From NCBI GenBank assembly GCA_028534125.1, contig CM052832.1, positions 10,604,001 to 10,668,000 of the forward strand: a DNA stretch of 64,000 bases, written 5' to 3'. Source of the stretch: Lama glama (taxonomy: Eukaryota). Both the position numbers and the translations under genes were made by a program. The notes below the pieces were generated by a model, which saw only the letters and a program-made list of their open reading frames with translations, ran no database searches and had not been told where the DNA came from. Positions 1 to 11,641 of this stretch are shown here, piece by piece. How positions within the stretch are numbered: position 1 is the stretch's first letter; each line of letters opens with the position of its first letter.

Positions 1-823
1 AGTTAGCACACTCCTTGCCCCTGTAAGGTGGTTTTGAAGGGAACCAAGTTAACATAAGTGAACCTCTCAGGGCAAGCCCTGGCAGGGGTAAGCGGGGAGC
101 CACCAGGATAGATTCAGCTCAGGGATTGTTCTCACCGGGCAGTTGTCATCTGGAGGTACATCACTTGGTACTAGTTGGCAGAGATGAACAGAACATGGCC
201 CTGAGGTTGGGGGATGCGGGACAGGTAGGTTGAGAAGCAGGGAGTGGAGGAGGTCAGGCAGGTTGGACTCTGCAAGATGGAAGGCCAGAGAGGTAAGGCC
301 CACAGTCTTACCCACTTCTGATTTGGGCCAGGCCAGGCCTCCAGGCAAAATTAAATTTCATCCTCCAGGAATATATGTACCCAAACCTCTAAAAAAAAAT
401 CATTATATGTAAGAGCACAGATTGGCCCGTATAGCTTCTTGTGGAAGTCTGGGAACTTGGGGTCCAGGACACATCTCCCTTATTGGCTCTGCCCCAAAAT
501 TCCCTCTTCTTTTATACTCTCACCCCTCACTCTTCTTACTTCTCCCCCTACCTGCTCCAGTACAGAGATCCTTAAATGTGGCAGAACTACTACCAGTAAA
601 CTCACTTGGTGTGGACACCTATAAATAAGTCAAGTGGAAAGTTACACAAACAGAATTGGGACATCCTCAGTTAACACGGGCCCTCTGCTCTCTGTCAGTC
701 CAGGTCAGGATCCCAATCTCCCACTGCTCAGTTCCCAGAGCTGCTCAACGAGCCCTGGATCTGACATGAGAATCCTCAACCTAAGGGTTTCTGCTTTGGG
801 ACCACTATGAAACCTGGTGGGAA

Positions 824-913
824 GGGGAGACACACACAGCCCTGTCTTCAGGGACCCTAGTCTGAGGGGGAGACACAGGCCTGCCCTCAGGGAGCCTCAG
901 TCTAAGGGAGACA
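824..913 (+). repeat. Short imperfect tandem repeat, ~2.2 copies of a ~40-bp unit (GGGGAGACACA...CAGGGA..C.AGTCT.A)
   Basis: The unit ggggagacac...ccctg.c.tcaggga...agtct occurs at ~824-865 and ~866-906, followed by a partial gggagaca. Confidence 0.6.
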
Positions 914-1494
914 TTTTAAATAAGCAAACAAACAAAAACAGGACTAAGACACTGAAGAAGAGAATCAGGATTCTCATGTAAGAAGTTCTGCGGCTGTGAC
1001 TCCAAAGTTGCTCCTTCAAGGATCTCACCTCTCCCAGGTGGACTCATTAGCGCTGGGAGTAGCTGCCCAGGAGAACTCAGCACATCTTTCAACCTTCACT
1101 TTCACACTAAGCTTTGTACTCTCCAAAGATTTTTTCATGCCCTTTATGTTGTTGCAGCTTAAACCCCTCACTCTACATACTTTACAAGCCCTGTGAGGAT
1201 TTAGGCAGGGAGTATCAACCTCATCATGAAAGGAGGGGAAACTGAGGTTCTGGGAGTAACACAGATTCCCCAGTATCCTGAGTTGCTTGCCCAGAGCTGG
1301 AACTGGGATCCTGGATTTTGACAAAAGGTCTTCCTTTGTGCCTGAGTTCCCCTCTAGTGCCTGTTTTCTCCTTTTAAAAGCAGAGGTAATTGCAATACGT
1401 ACACACAGAGGCACTGCAGTTCAGGAGGGACCGGGCACGCTCTAAGTTCTCAATGTGCTGCTGCTGTTGCTACTACAACTACTAATTGTTACTG

Positions 1495-1929
1495 TTTTTA
1501 TTTGGGGTTCCCTCTAGAGCTCTTAGACATGGATCTGGATGCAAGTAGTTTACTTGAGATGTGAGCCCTGGAAGCGCCAGCAGGGGTGTGGGGAAGTGAG
1601 GTGGGGAGGGGAAGGGGAGGGGAAGGGAGCCACTATTGGGTGTGTTAACAAGTGAAGAAGTAGGTCTACATGCCACTGGGGACTTCCTGGCCACTGTGCA
1701 GAAGATGTCTCACAGTTGTCCTATCTGAGGGCGAGGATGCCAGGATTTCATCCTCCAGCTCCCACACATCCTTGGACACTACTAGAACCATTAACCTCCT
1801 GGCAGTGGGGGGCCTCCCTGTGCACAGGTCAGGAGAAAGCCCTGAGCCAAGTCACAGGTACTTGAGGGAGACCCCGTGGGCATGAGCTGGGACAGCAGGT
1901 TGGGAGAGCGCTGACTGCACCTGCTGCAT
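1495..1929 (-). mobile_element. ERVL solo LTR, LTR33-like
   Basis: Contains ggttccc...gatgcaagtagtttacttgagatgtgagccctggaag...ggggaagtgag and ends ...gactgcacctgctgca. It is homologous to the copy at 23919-24392. Family assigned by recall. Confidence 0.65.
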
Positions 1930-2867
1930 ACAGCCCGGCCCCTCAGGGCAACGTGCTCCTCCTTACTGCCTACCGCCGTGCTCTGGACAGAATCCTATAA
2001 CTTCTGGCTGAGGCTCTCAAAGGCAGGGATTCCATCTCTTTGGGCTACTGCTGTCTCTCTAGGGCCCAGCACCTTGTTTTGCACACAGGAGGTGCTCGAG
2101 AAACACCTTTTGGAACATGGAGACCCCTGTAATAACATTTTATGGCGCATCTTTACTTCTCATCTTTGCCTCTCAATGCACACCCCTCCATGGCAGGCCT
2201 GGGACTGTGCAGCCATGTCCCTAGACAGTGCCAAGGTGTTTCTGGAATCCAGGGCATAATAGAGCTCCATCTTGAGTAAGAATTAGAAGCCAGAAGCCAG
2301 GCCACTCCATGAGTACAGAGGCTGGAGTGGGGAGCAGGCAAGCCATGGAGAGCCGTCGGAGAAGGCTGATGGATAAAGATTAAAAGTGTCAAAGCCACCT
2401 GGAGAAAAGGCAGGAGACAATGTCTCACTGCCTCAGCAAATTGGCTGGCCTGTGGGATTTCCAAGGAACTGGCCCCTGGCTTGAGAAAGCTGCTGCGGAA
2501 CCATGTGATACAAGGAAAGGAGTTTTTAAGAAAAAAAGGTCCACAGAGGAGGCTTTGTTAGCAGCAAATGAGGAGGCCCCATCAGGGATTGTGCAGGCTT
2601 GGCTGTAATAAGGAGTCTGCAAACAGCGGATGTAGCAGAGAGACTACACAACATGGAGAGAAGTGGGAGGTGAAGGGCAGAGAGGCCTTTGTGGCCTCCT
2701 TCAGTCTAGTGAGTTATCAAGGGGGGAAAGAAGATTGGAGGAGGGGAGGGGAACAACCAAAGGAGCAGGGAGGCCCCCTTCAATTGTCCTTTCTGTAGTT
2801 CAGTTTCCTCCAGACTAGACCAACTTTACAATAGTGGCTGACTCCCAGCAGGATATGATTTTAAAAT

Positions 2868-3142
2868 TGTATCAGTCAGTTATTGTCACAGGAATGCTAC
2901 GTAACAAGCCACCCCACAATTCAGTTGTCTGAAACAGCACTCATTTATTTTCATATTTATTTTTTTGCTTCTCAAATTCTGTCACACTGCTCCCATCAAG
3001 ATATGTAGGTCTATGTCCTTTCTCCTCAAATCTGACCTGAACTCAGTAACTAGCTTGTAATCAGCTCTGAAATGATCTATCTCTAGATTTTTGTTATGTA
3101 AAGAATAAATATTGTTTTAATTAGATATTCTGTTACTGACAG
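2868..3142. mobile_element. MaLR (MLT1-type) LTR fragments
   Basis: tgtatcagtcagttattgtcacaggaatgct...taacaagcc...acagcactcatttatt is typical of an antisense MLT1 end; a second MLT-like piece follows. Confidence 0.5.
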
Positions 3143-5434
3143 CTCAAAGCATCCTAATGGATGCAAAGGTACTTCAAGTCATATCCAATACCAGGGAGAG
3201 ATTTTTAGCCAGTGGCGGCGTCTTTCCCTTAGGGCCCCATGTGCCTCCACAGGCCAAGCTGTGAATCCAGTAGAAATAGTTCTTTTCTGTTACTACCAAC
3301 CCTTAAATGGCTCTCCCCGACTCCATTTCTCTCTAATCAGAATAGGTTCATTTCCTCTCTCACATTTTCTTGCATGTCTATCCCCACAATTAGGGCCTAT
3401 AGCTCCAATGTCCCCTCTCCTAAATCCTGTATGATTGTCTGATTCCAGGATTCAAGGAGGATCATGGTTCTGCTCTTCAGCCCTTGGGAAACAAACCAAC
3501 CAGTTGGCCCTGTTGCTTTGATCTCCCTCCACAGGTGAGCTTACGGACATACCCCTCAGCTCCTACAGTAAGAAGCCTGAATTTCAGCCAAATGGGTTAC
3601 ATGTAAAATACACAGGGATTTGGAGAATTACTCATCATTGTGTAGCTATGGGGACAGGGGTCTGGAGTGAGGGGGAGAACCACTGGACTCTGCAGGGGAT
3701 GCAGCTGGGACTCATAGTGCTGGAGGAGAAGAGGCCAAAATAAGAGTCATCCGTTTGTCTGTGGTGTCAATGAATTCTCTACCCTTCTCTGTGTGCTTAT
3801 GTCTTGCTTTGGGGCATGGAATTCTATCACTATCTGTCTGCTGCTAGGTGCCTCTCTCCCTCTGTCTTCGCCTCTGTGTATGCGTCTGTCTGTCTGCCCA
3901 TCTTTCAGTCAGTGGTTGTCACTGTGTCACTCTCTCTATGCCGTGTCCTTCTTAGTCTTTTTTTCACGTGCATAGAATGTTCAGCAAATATGAGCCAGGT
4001 ATTTGCTGATGTCCTGGGAGTACGTGTTGGTCTTTACTAGGTCTTCATAAAGTCCTCCTTCAGTTTTTAAACACAAACATTTTAGGTCCAGAGGTGATAA
4101 ACAGCTGCAAATGGCATTCGAAGCAGATGGAATTTTCTTCTCACAGCTGAAAAGTACTTGTGCTCCACTGGCCATAGCAAAACACAGCTCCCCTTCTCAC
4201 TGAGAGGAATGTCTTTTCAGTTGTTGCAGAGGCTGAAATGGTGTGATGTCATCTTCCTTAACTTCAACAAGCTGAGCGCATTTGTTTGTCGGCTTTTCGA
4301 AAACCATGCACTGCTTGATCACTAAAGGGAATAAGCCAACGTCACTCCCCGGGCCTTCCCAGCCCAGGGGGCCATGCCTGGGGCAGAGTTTGGGGTGTCT
4401 GGCTACCACCGACGCTTCCTGGGAGAATGAAAACGAGGAAGAGTTCACCTCCTCAGACAGCTGCCCCATTGCCTGATTGGCAGCCATCCCCCACATCCAT
4501 TTGCCCCCACTTCCCCATCTGGGAGCCAAGCTGTCATTTTCTTAAATGTTCAGATGACTAATGTGGGAACAGCATTCTCAGTGAACTCAGAGTTGGGGGG
4601 GTGGGCAGGAGACTTCTGAGCGTGGCCCCCTCCCCATTCCCTGCTAGGGAGATGACATTTTCCCAAGGTGGAAGAGCTTACCAGCATCTGCATCCTGGCT
4701 TTCCTCAGCTCCATTTCTGCTGCTTAATCGAGCTGTAATATTTCAGTTGAAACTGTGGGATTCCCAGCTCTGTATCTGGGGACAGGACCCAACACCTGGA
4801 TGTGGGTGGGAAGGAGAACACACGCTTCTGCATGGCTGGCTGAGCAAGTCCAGAATTGAAGGTCTCTGGGATTCAGCTTGGTGTACCAAGGACTTAGGAG
4901 TATTGAAGGCCAAGAAAGATCCCTGGACAAAGGGAAAGCTGACTACTCACCTGCTTTTCTTTCATCCCCGTTTTCTCGTGTGGGAAGGTTGGAAAGGGAC
5001 AGGTGTGAAAGTTGGGCTTATAAAATCCGCAGAGGCTCCCTTCTCTAAGTTGAGCTTAAGTGGAGGCATTATTTGACCTCCGTGTAGCACAGAGTCCTCC
5101 AGGATCAGGGGGTCCCCTCTGGTTCCATCAGCCGAAATGGCTCTGCCTTGATATGCATGAGCTACATGACACCGGGTGTGGGGAAGGGGTGGGGACTAAG
5201 CAGAGGAGGCAGGTCTCGGTAGCTGTAACTGGTTCTCAGAGGTCCACAATGACATCTCCTGAATGTCAGGATGAACACTGGTTCTTTTGTTCAACCCTCT
5301 CATGTTACCCTGGGGGAAACAGGCCTGAAGTAAAAAGAAGAAACAGATCCAGAGAGACTCAGTTACTCAAGCTCAGGGGAGAACTAGTTTTCTAGGCTTG
5401 CCGCCTCTGACTCCAAACCCCTACTCTCAAAATC

Positions 5435-6432
5435 CGGGATCCTCAGCCCTGGCTGCACTTTAGAACTTAAAAATACCTATGTCAGGGCTGAAGCCCAGGT
5501 GAAGTCAGAATCTCTGATGATGGAGTATGGGTATTGGTAATTTTTAAAGTCTATTTATTGACATATAACATTCTTCTAGAAAAGTGTACAAATCCTAAAT
5601 GTATACATTTGATGAGTGTTCACAAACTGAATACATTTACGTAACTAATGCCCAACTCAGGAAGCAGAGCACTGCCGGCCACTGGGATCCTCCTGGTGCC
5701 CTCTCCCAGTCTCTACCTGAAGTTAACCAACACCTCAACTTCTGACATTTTAGGTTAATTTTGCCTGTACGTGAACTTCATACAAAAGGAATTTTAAAAG
5801 TGTGTACTTTTTGTGTGTCTGGCTCCATTTATGCACATTATGTTTGTGGGAGCCATCCAGATTGTTGTTTGTGATTGTATCTGTTCATTCTCATTGCGCT
5901 CTAGAATCTCACTGTCTGAATATACCACCCTTTATTTCTCAGCTCTCTGGTTGATGAGCATACGAATCGCTTCTGGTTTGGCTTACTATGAAGAATGCTG
6001 CTGTGAACACTTGTGTGTGTGCTTTGGGGGATATGTGCAAGCCTTTCTGTATGTATACACCTAGGAAAATGCTGGACCAGGTGTTATGTGTGTATTTAGA
6101 TTAAATATTGCCAAGCAGTTTTCTAGCATGTGATTGTGAAATTTACACTCCCACCAGCAGCGTAGGAGAGTTTTGGTTGCTCCACAGCCCAGCCAGGAGT
6201 TGGTATCATCTGTACGTTTCATTTTGGCCAGTCTGTGGGGTGTGCAGTGGGATCACACTGTGGCTGGTGCTGCATTTCCCTGATGGCCAGTGAATCTGAG
6301 CACCTGGACATGTTTATTGGACACTTAGGTAGCCTCTTTTGTGAAATGCTTGGTACATTTTTCTCCAGACATCTGTATTTTTTAAAGTTCCCCTGGTAAT
6401 ACTAGTACATAACCGGGGTTGAGAACTTCTGT
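5435..6432. mobile_element. MER5A-like hAT-Charlie MITE split by an L1 3' fragment
   Basis: Left half (cctcagccctggctgcac...gaatctctg...ttttttaaagt) lies at 5435-5551 and right half (ttttttaaagttcccc...ggttgagaacttctg) at ~6370-6432. Confidence 0.6.
5552..6360 (-). mobile_element. Old L1 (L1ME/L1MC-like) 3' end fragment
   Basis: Antisense L1 3'UTR and ORF2 C-terminal motifs: tttattgacatataacat, atttacactcccaccagcag, tgcatttccctgatggccagtg. Confidence 0.8.
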
Positions 6433-7573
6433 GGCTTGGCCGTTACAGTAGGAAGCATTTGGCTTTGGGAGACAGAGTTAGGGAAGCCAGGGTGGACTCT
6501 GTGTGTGTGTGGTGGGGGGAGGTACGGCAAGGGCACCTACAGGAGCCCTAATCCCGGAGTCCAGGGTGCCCCTCAGGAGCAGCTGAGCTGAAACCTTCCA
6601 GAAGGCACACTTACCAAGAGAAAGTAAGAAACTCCTGTGAAGGAAGCACCACAACACAGCCACAAGAATGGTGGCCAGAGCCCCTTGGAGCTGACCCCAG
6701 GAGCTGTCTGCTGTCCAGAAGCTCCCTCTGATTGAATGTCCCTTGAATTAAAGGGCTCGCTGCAGGCTTGGCCCCACTGGAGCTGTCTTTATTAGGAACA
6801 AAATAAGGGAAGGTCACAGAGCCCCATAAACCAGGAAAAGTGACATCAGATATCGACTGTAAGAGAAGGGGATTAATGATGGTTTGTTGACAGGAAGGCA
6901 GGAGCTGGCCCCAGCTGCCCCCTTCAAGTGAGGACCTGGAAGCAAACATTTCATTTTGACGTCTGGCAGCAGAACCCAGATAATCAGATTTCTCTGGGAG
7001 GATGAGGCGGAGGCATCATTAAAAAAGGGCAGATTTATGCTCCCAGCCTCCCAAGCTTAGCATAGACTGGGCTGGTCCTACAATCATAGCAAGACCCAAA
7101 CATTGTCACCATCACTGTTACCGTCCCCAGTGCCCCCTTGGGTTCAGCACAGTGAGTAGGGTGGTGCCTCCCCAGACCTTTCCCTTCCTTGGCTCACCTG
7201 GGAGCTAGAGGGTCCCACCGAAGTGGCAGCTTCTCAAGGCCATCTGTCTGTGCCCAGGTGCCCCATGGTCCCTCACATTAAGACACACTTGGGTAAGGAC
7301 CGTCAAGGGACAAACTCCAGGCCCAGCAGCAGTTGCCAGTTCAGAGATGAATCCCAGGACCCAGTGTCAGAAGCACCTAAGGGCTCCCTAGACACAGCCT
7401 TCTCTCCCTGCACTTCCCAGAATGACCTTCATTATTCTCCCTGGTTTCTCTCTGTAGCCAGCCTGCAGAGAAAGCAGAGTACTTCTTTACTTAGATCATT
7501 TGAAAAGCAGTTGTATCTGGTTTTCTAGCTAGAAATGTAAAGGGTCATTTCGTTCTTCCCTTTCATTTCATAC

Positions 7574-7601
<28 letters not shown>
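7574..7601 (+). repeat. (CAT)n microsatellite at the tail of a MIR
   Basis: About 9 CAT units, read directly. Confidence 0.95.
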
Positions 7602-7605
<4 letters not shown>

Positions 7606-7772
7606 TCATTAAGAACTTACTAAGTGCCAGGCACTGTTCTAAGTATGCTCCGCATCTAAGTTTATTTTATTCTCACAACAATCCTATGAAATAGGTCCTC
7701 TCATCACTGCCCGTATATAGGTAAGAAAACTGAGGCAGAGAGAGATTACAAAATTTGTCCATGGTCTCACAG
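7602..7772 (-). mobile_element. MIR SINE
   Basis: Antisense core: gtgccaggcactgttctaag...ctcacaacaatcctatga...gaaaactgaggcagagagag. Confidence 0.8.
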
Positions 7773-7920
7773 CCCCACTGTATTGTATTTATTTATTATA
7801 AAGAAATTGAGACTCAGAAAAGTAAAATAATATTATCGTCATAATTTATTGAGTGTACATGTTGTGTCAGAGGCTTTCACATATTTTATTCTTAAGTCTT
7901 ACAAAGCCCTTGTCAAGTGG

Positions 7921-8460
7921 TGCATTATTCTGCTAGGGCCGCCATAACAAAGTACCACAAACTGGGTGGCCTAAACAGGAAGAACGTTTTGTCTCAGTTC
8001 TGGAGGCCAGAAGCCTGAGATCAACACTCCCTCTGAAGGTGCTAGTAGCCCCTTATAGTAGGTCACCCAGTGCAAGCAGGGCTGTCTTGTGTTCCTTGCT
8101 CCCAAAGTTGCCAAGGATTCAAACTTCTTCCATCCTGATGCTCCAAGATGATAGATCACCAGCACCCTGTCTGCATTCCAGCCAGTGGAGGAGTAAGGGG
8201 AGGTCATACCCTCTCACTGTAAGGGCATAACAAGAAAATTGCACACACCACTTTTCTTCACTTCCCATTGGGCAGACCTGAGTTACACGGCCACACCTTC
8301 CTGAAAGAGAGGTTGAGAAGTGACGTCATTGTCTGAGTGGCCATGTGTCCAGTTAAACTGTGTGTGTGTGGGGGGTCCATTTTAATATTGGGTTAAATAA
8401 TGGACACATAAAAGAAGGAGGGAGAATGGCTATTGGGGACTACCAGCAGTCTCACCCACA
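7921..8460 (-). mobile_element. MaLR MLT1-type LTR fragment(s)
   Basis: gctagggccgccataacaaagtaccacaaactgggtggcctaaac...ctcagttctggaggccagaag is a classic antisense MLT1 segment; later pieces resemble older MLT1. Confidence 0.65.
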
Positions 8461-9849
8461 GATTCTGAGAGGAATGAAATGCTGTGACCGTTAGTGATGC
8501 CTGTTATGGAAATATGGTAAGGAGATGAAGGAACTTGTGGCACTTGTAACTCACAGTGTTGAGGCTGTCTGGCCCAGGTTCCTAACAGATCCTCTGATAC
8601 TCTGCCAAAGCGTTTTCTAAGGCAGCTGCCAGATAAGATAGGATCACTTATCAAAGAAGAGTGGGGTCAGATTATGCCTAGGGTGAAGGAGCAGGGATCA
8701 GGAAGAATGTACCTCCTTTCTTGAATCTCTATCTGTCTGGTCATTAAATTCATTCCAGCCGATCATCAGACCCCAGGGAGAGACTGACATAGTGGAAGAG
8801 AGAAGTAGCTGGTATTTTCAGCATTGCCTACACCAAGTGCTTTACATATTTTCACATCCTTATTTAATGCTCACATCAGCTCAGATTCTTGTTTTTGTTT
8901 TCAATTCCCTAGTCTAAGGCAAGGAAATCAGAAGCAAAAATTGGAGTCAAGATTTGAACAGTATCAGCTACCTTGACCTACTTGGTATTTATAGAATGCT
9001 ACATCCAACCACTGTAGAATATGTATATATGCTCTACAAGACAGACCATGTGTTAGGCCAAAAACCAAGTCTCAATACATTTAAGAGAGTGGGAAATTTA
9101 CCTAGCATGCTTTCCCATCACTATGAAACCAAATTAGAAATCAATAACAATAAAATATCCACACAACTGAAAAGATTTGAAATTAAAGAAGAAATCATAA
9201 GAGAAACTCAAAAAAAAAATACTCCTAAATGAAAGACAATGAAAAACACATGACATCAAAATCTGTGGGAGAGATTTTGTGCTGGGAGGGGAATTTATAG
9301 CTTTAAATGTTTATATTTGGCAGGAGAAATGTCTGAAATTAATTATTTAAGTTTCCACCTTAAGCAGCTTAAGAAACAGAGCAAACACAAAGTGAGTAGA
9401 AGGAAGGGAAGAATAAAGATAAGTGCAGAAATTAATGAAGTTGAAAACAGATAAACAATAGAAAAAATTACCCATCAGAAGCTACAACAAAACCTCTAGC
9501 TAGATTCATTAAGAAAAAAAGGAGAAAAGACACAAATTACTACTGTCAAGAATGAAGAGAGGACATCACAATAGATCTTAAAGGCATTTTAAAAGATGAT
9601 AAGAAAATATGAATAACTTTATACCAATAAACTTGACAACTTAGATTAAATGGAAAAACTCCTTGAAAGAAGCAAATTACCACAACTGATTCAAGAAGAA
9701 ATAGAAAAGAATTAATAGCTCTAGAGCTATTAAAGAAATTGAATTCATAATTAAACATTTCCACAAAGAACGCTCCAAGCTCAGGTGGTTTCACTGATGA
9801 ATTCTATCAAACATTTAAGGATGAAATAATACCAATTCTACTCAAACTC

Positions 9850-10008
9850 TGTTTTGGACTGAATTATGTCCCTCTCCCACAAAAGTCACATGTTGAAGCC
9901 CTGATGGGGGTCTTTGGGAGATAATCCAGTTTGGATGAGGTCGTAAGAGGGAGGTCATTGTGATGGGATAAGTGTCCTTATAAGAAGAGGCCCTAAAGAG
10001 CTTTCGTG

Positions 10009-10040
<32 letters not shown>

Positions 10041-10225
10041 GCCATGTAAGGGCACAGGAAGAAGGTGGCCATCTGCAAGCCAGGAAGAGAGCTCTTATCA
10101 GAGTCTGACCGTGCTGACACCATGATCTTGGACTTCCAGCCTCCAGAAGTGTGAGAAAATTAATTTTTGTTATTTGAGCCACCCAGTCCATTGTATTTTG
10201 TCACAGCAGCCTAAGCTGACTAATA
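9850..10225 (+). mobile_element. MLT1A/MLT1A0-like MaLR solo LTR inserted in the L1
   Basis: Runs tgttttggactgaat...gttgaagccct to ...acagcagcctaagctgactaata. 5-bp TSD AACTC at 9845-9849 and 10226-10230; L1 sequence resumes afterwards. Confidence 0.88.
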
Positions 10226-10717
10226 AACTCTTCCATAAAACAAAGGAAGTGAAAGAACTTTCTAACCCATTTTATAAGGTCAGCATTACCCTAATACCAA
10301 AATTGGACAAAGATAGTGTAAGAAAATAAAAACTATAGACCAATACCCCTAATAAATATAGATTCCTCAACAAAAGAAAGAACAAGATTTGTAACAAAAT
10401 ATTAGCAAATGAATACAGCAACACATACATATTTATATGGCGTCATGACTAAGTAAGGTTTATTCTGGTAATGCCATATTGGTTTAACATTCAAAAATCA
10501 GTCAGTGTAACTCACTATATCAATAGAGTAAAGGAGAAAAAGTGATCATACTGGCAGATGCAGACAAAGCATTTGACAAAATGCAATGACCAATTATTTT
10601 AAAAACTCTTAGCAAATTAAAAACAGAGAGGACCTTCCTCAATTTGATTAAAACTGTCTACAAAGATCCTATAGCAAACATCATACTTAATGACTCAAGG
10701 TTCAATGCTTTCTCTCT

Positions 10718-11641
10718 TGGCAAGAAATGTGGAGTCTGAATTTTACCCTACTTGCTATCTAGCAAGCTAGCCTATCACAGTTTCATGGATATTGTATTAG
10801 TTGACCCGAGCTGCTATTAAAAAAATACCACAGATTGGTGTTTTATTTATAAATAAACAGAAAGTTATTTTTTCATAGTTCTGAAGGCTGGAAAGTCCAA
10901 GCTCAAGTTTCCAGCAGCATTCAGTTTCTGGTGAGAGCAGTCTTCCGAGCTTATTGACAGTGCTTTGTCCTCTCATGGCCTTTCCTCTGAGCATGACAGA
11001 CAGAGAGACAGAGACAGAGGAGCACAGGCTCCCTGGTGTCTCTTCTTATAAGGCACCGACTCAGTTGGATCAGGTCCCCATCCTTCTAATCTCATTAGAC
11101 TTTAATTATCTACTTACTGGCTGTGTCTCTAAATATAGCCACAAGGAAGGGTGGTTAGTGCTTCAACAGATGAATGTGGAGAGGACACGCTTCAATCCTC
11201 AGCAGATACTGACAGGAGACACAAGACACCTGGGTCAGAGTCAAAGGACTTAATTACTCAAAGCACAGCAGGTAGTGTAAGCTTCATGTTCTCATCATTG
11301 CTCCCTAAGTTCTATTGGGCTTAAATGGATGCTCCACAAGAAGTGGGTTTATGTCATAGATGAGGAACCCCAAGGTTGAGAACTTGAATCTTTCATAAGA
11401 GGCTGCAAGAAAACCTGCTCAGCTTTTACCCTGGAGGGACTATCAAACAAATTGGACAGCAAACCAATTGTCCCTCTTCTCCAAAGGGATACATTATCTC
11501 TGTCTTCCTAGGCTGTTTGCTGTACCAACATTCTTGAAAATATAGTACAGAGGCTAGTGTCTCTGCCTGTTAGCATTTCTCTTACAGAAGAGAACTCTCT
11601 TGCACAAATTTGAGAACTCCATGGAGAATTATTTCCCAGTA
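10718..11641 (-). mobile_element. ERVL-type solo LTR (LTR40-like) inserted in the L1 and itself interrupted by an MLT1A-like LTR
   Basis: Interrupts the L1 motif 'gctttc..|..cctaagatggagaacaaggcaaggatg' and ends ...tccatggagaattatttcccagta. Subfamily by recall only. Confidence 0.6.
10793..11204 (-). mobile_element. MLT1A-like MaLR solo LTR nested in the ERVL LTR
   Basis: TG...CA ends; aaataccacagattgg...catagttctgaaggctggaaagtccaag; TSD GATAT (10788-10792) / GATAC (11205-11209). Confidence 0.82.
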
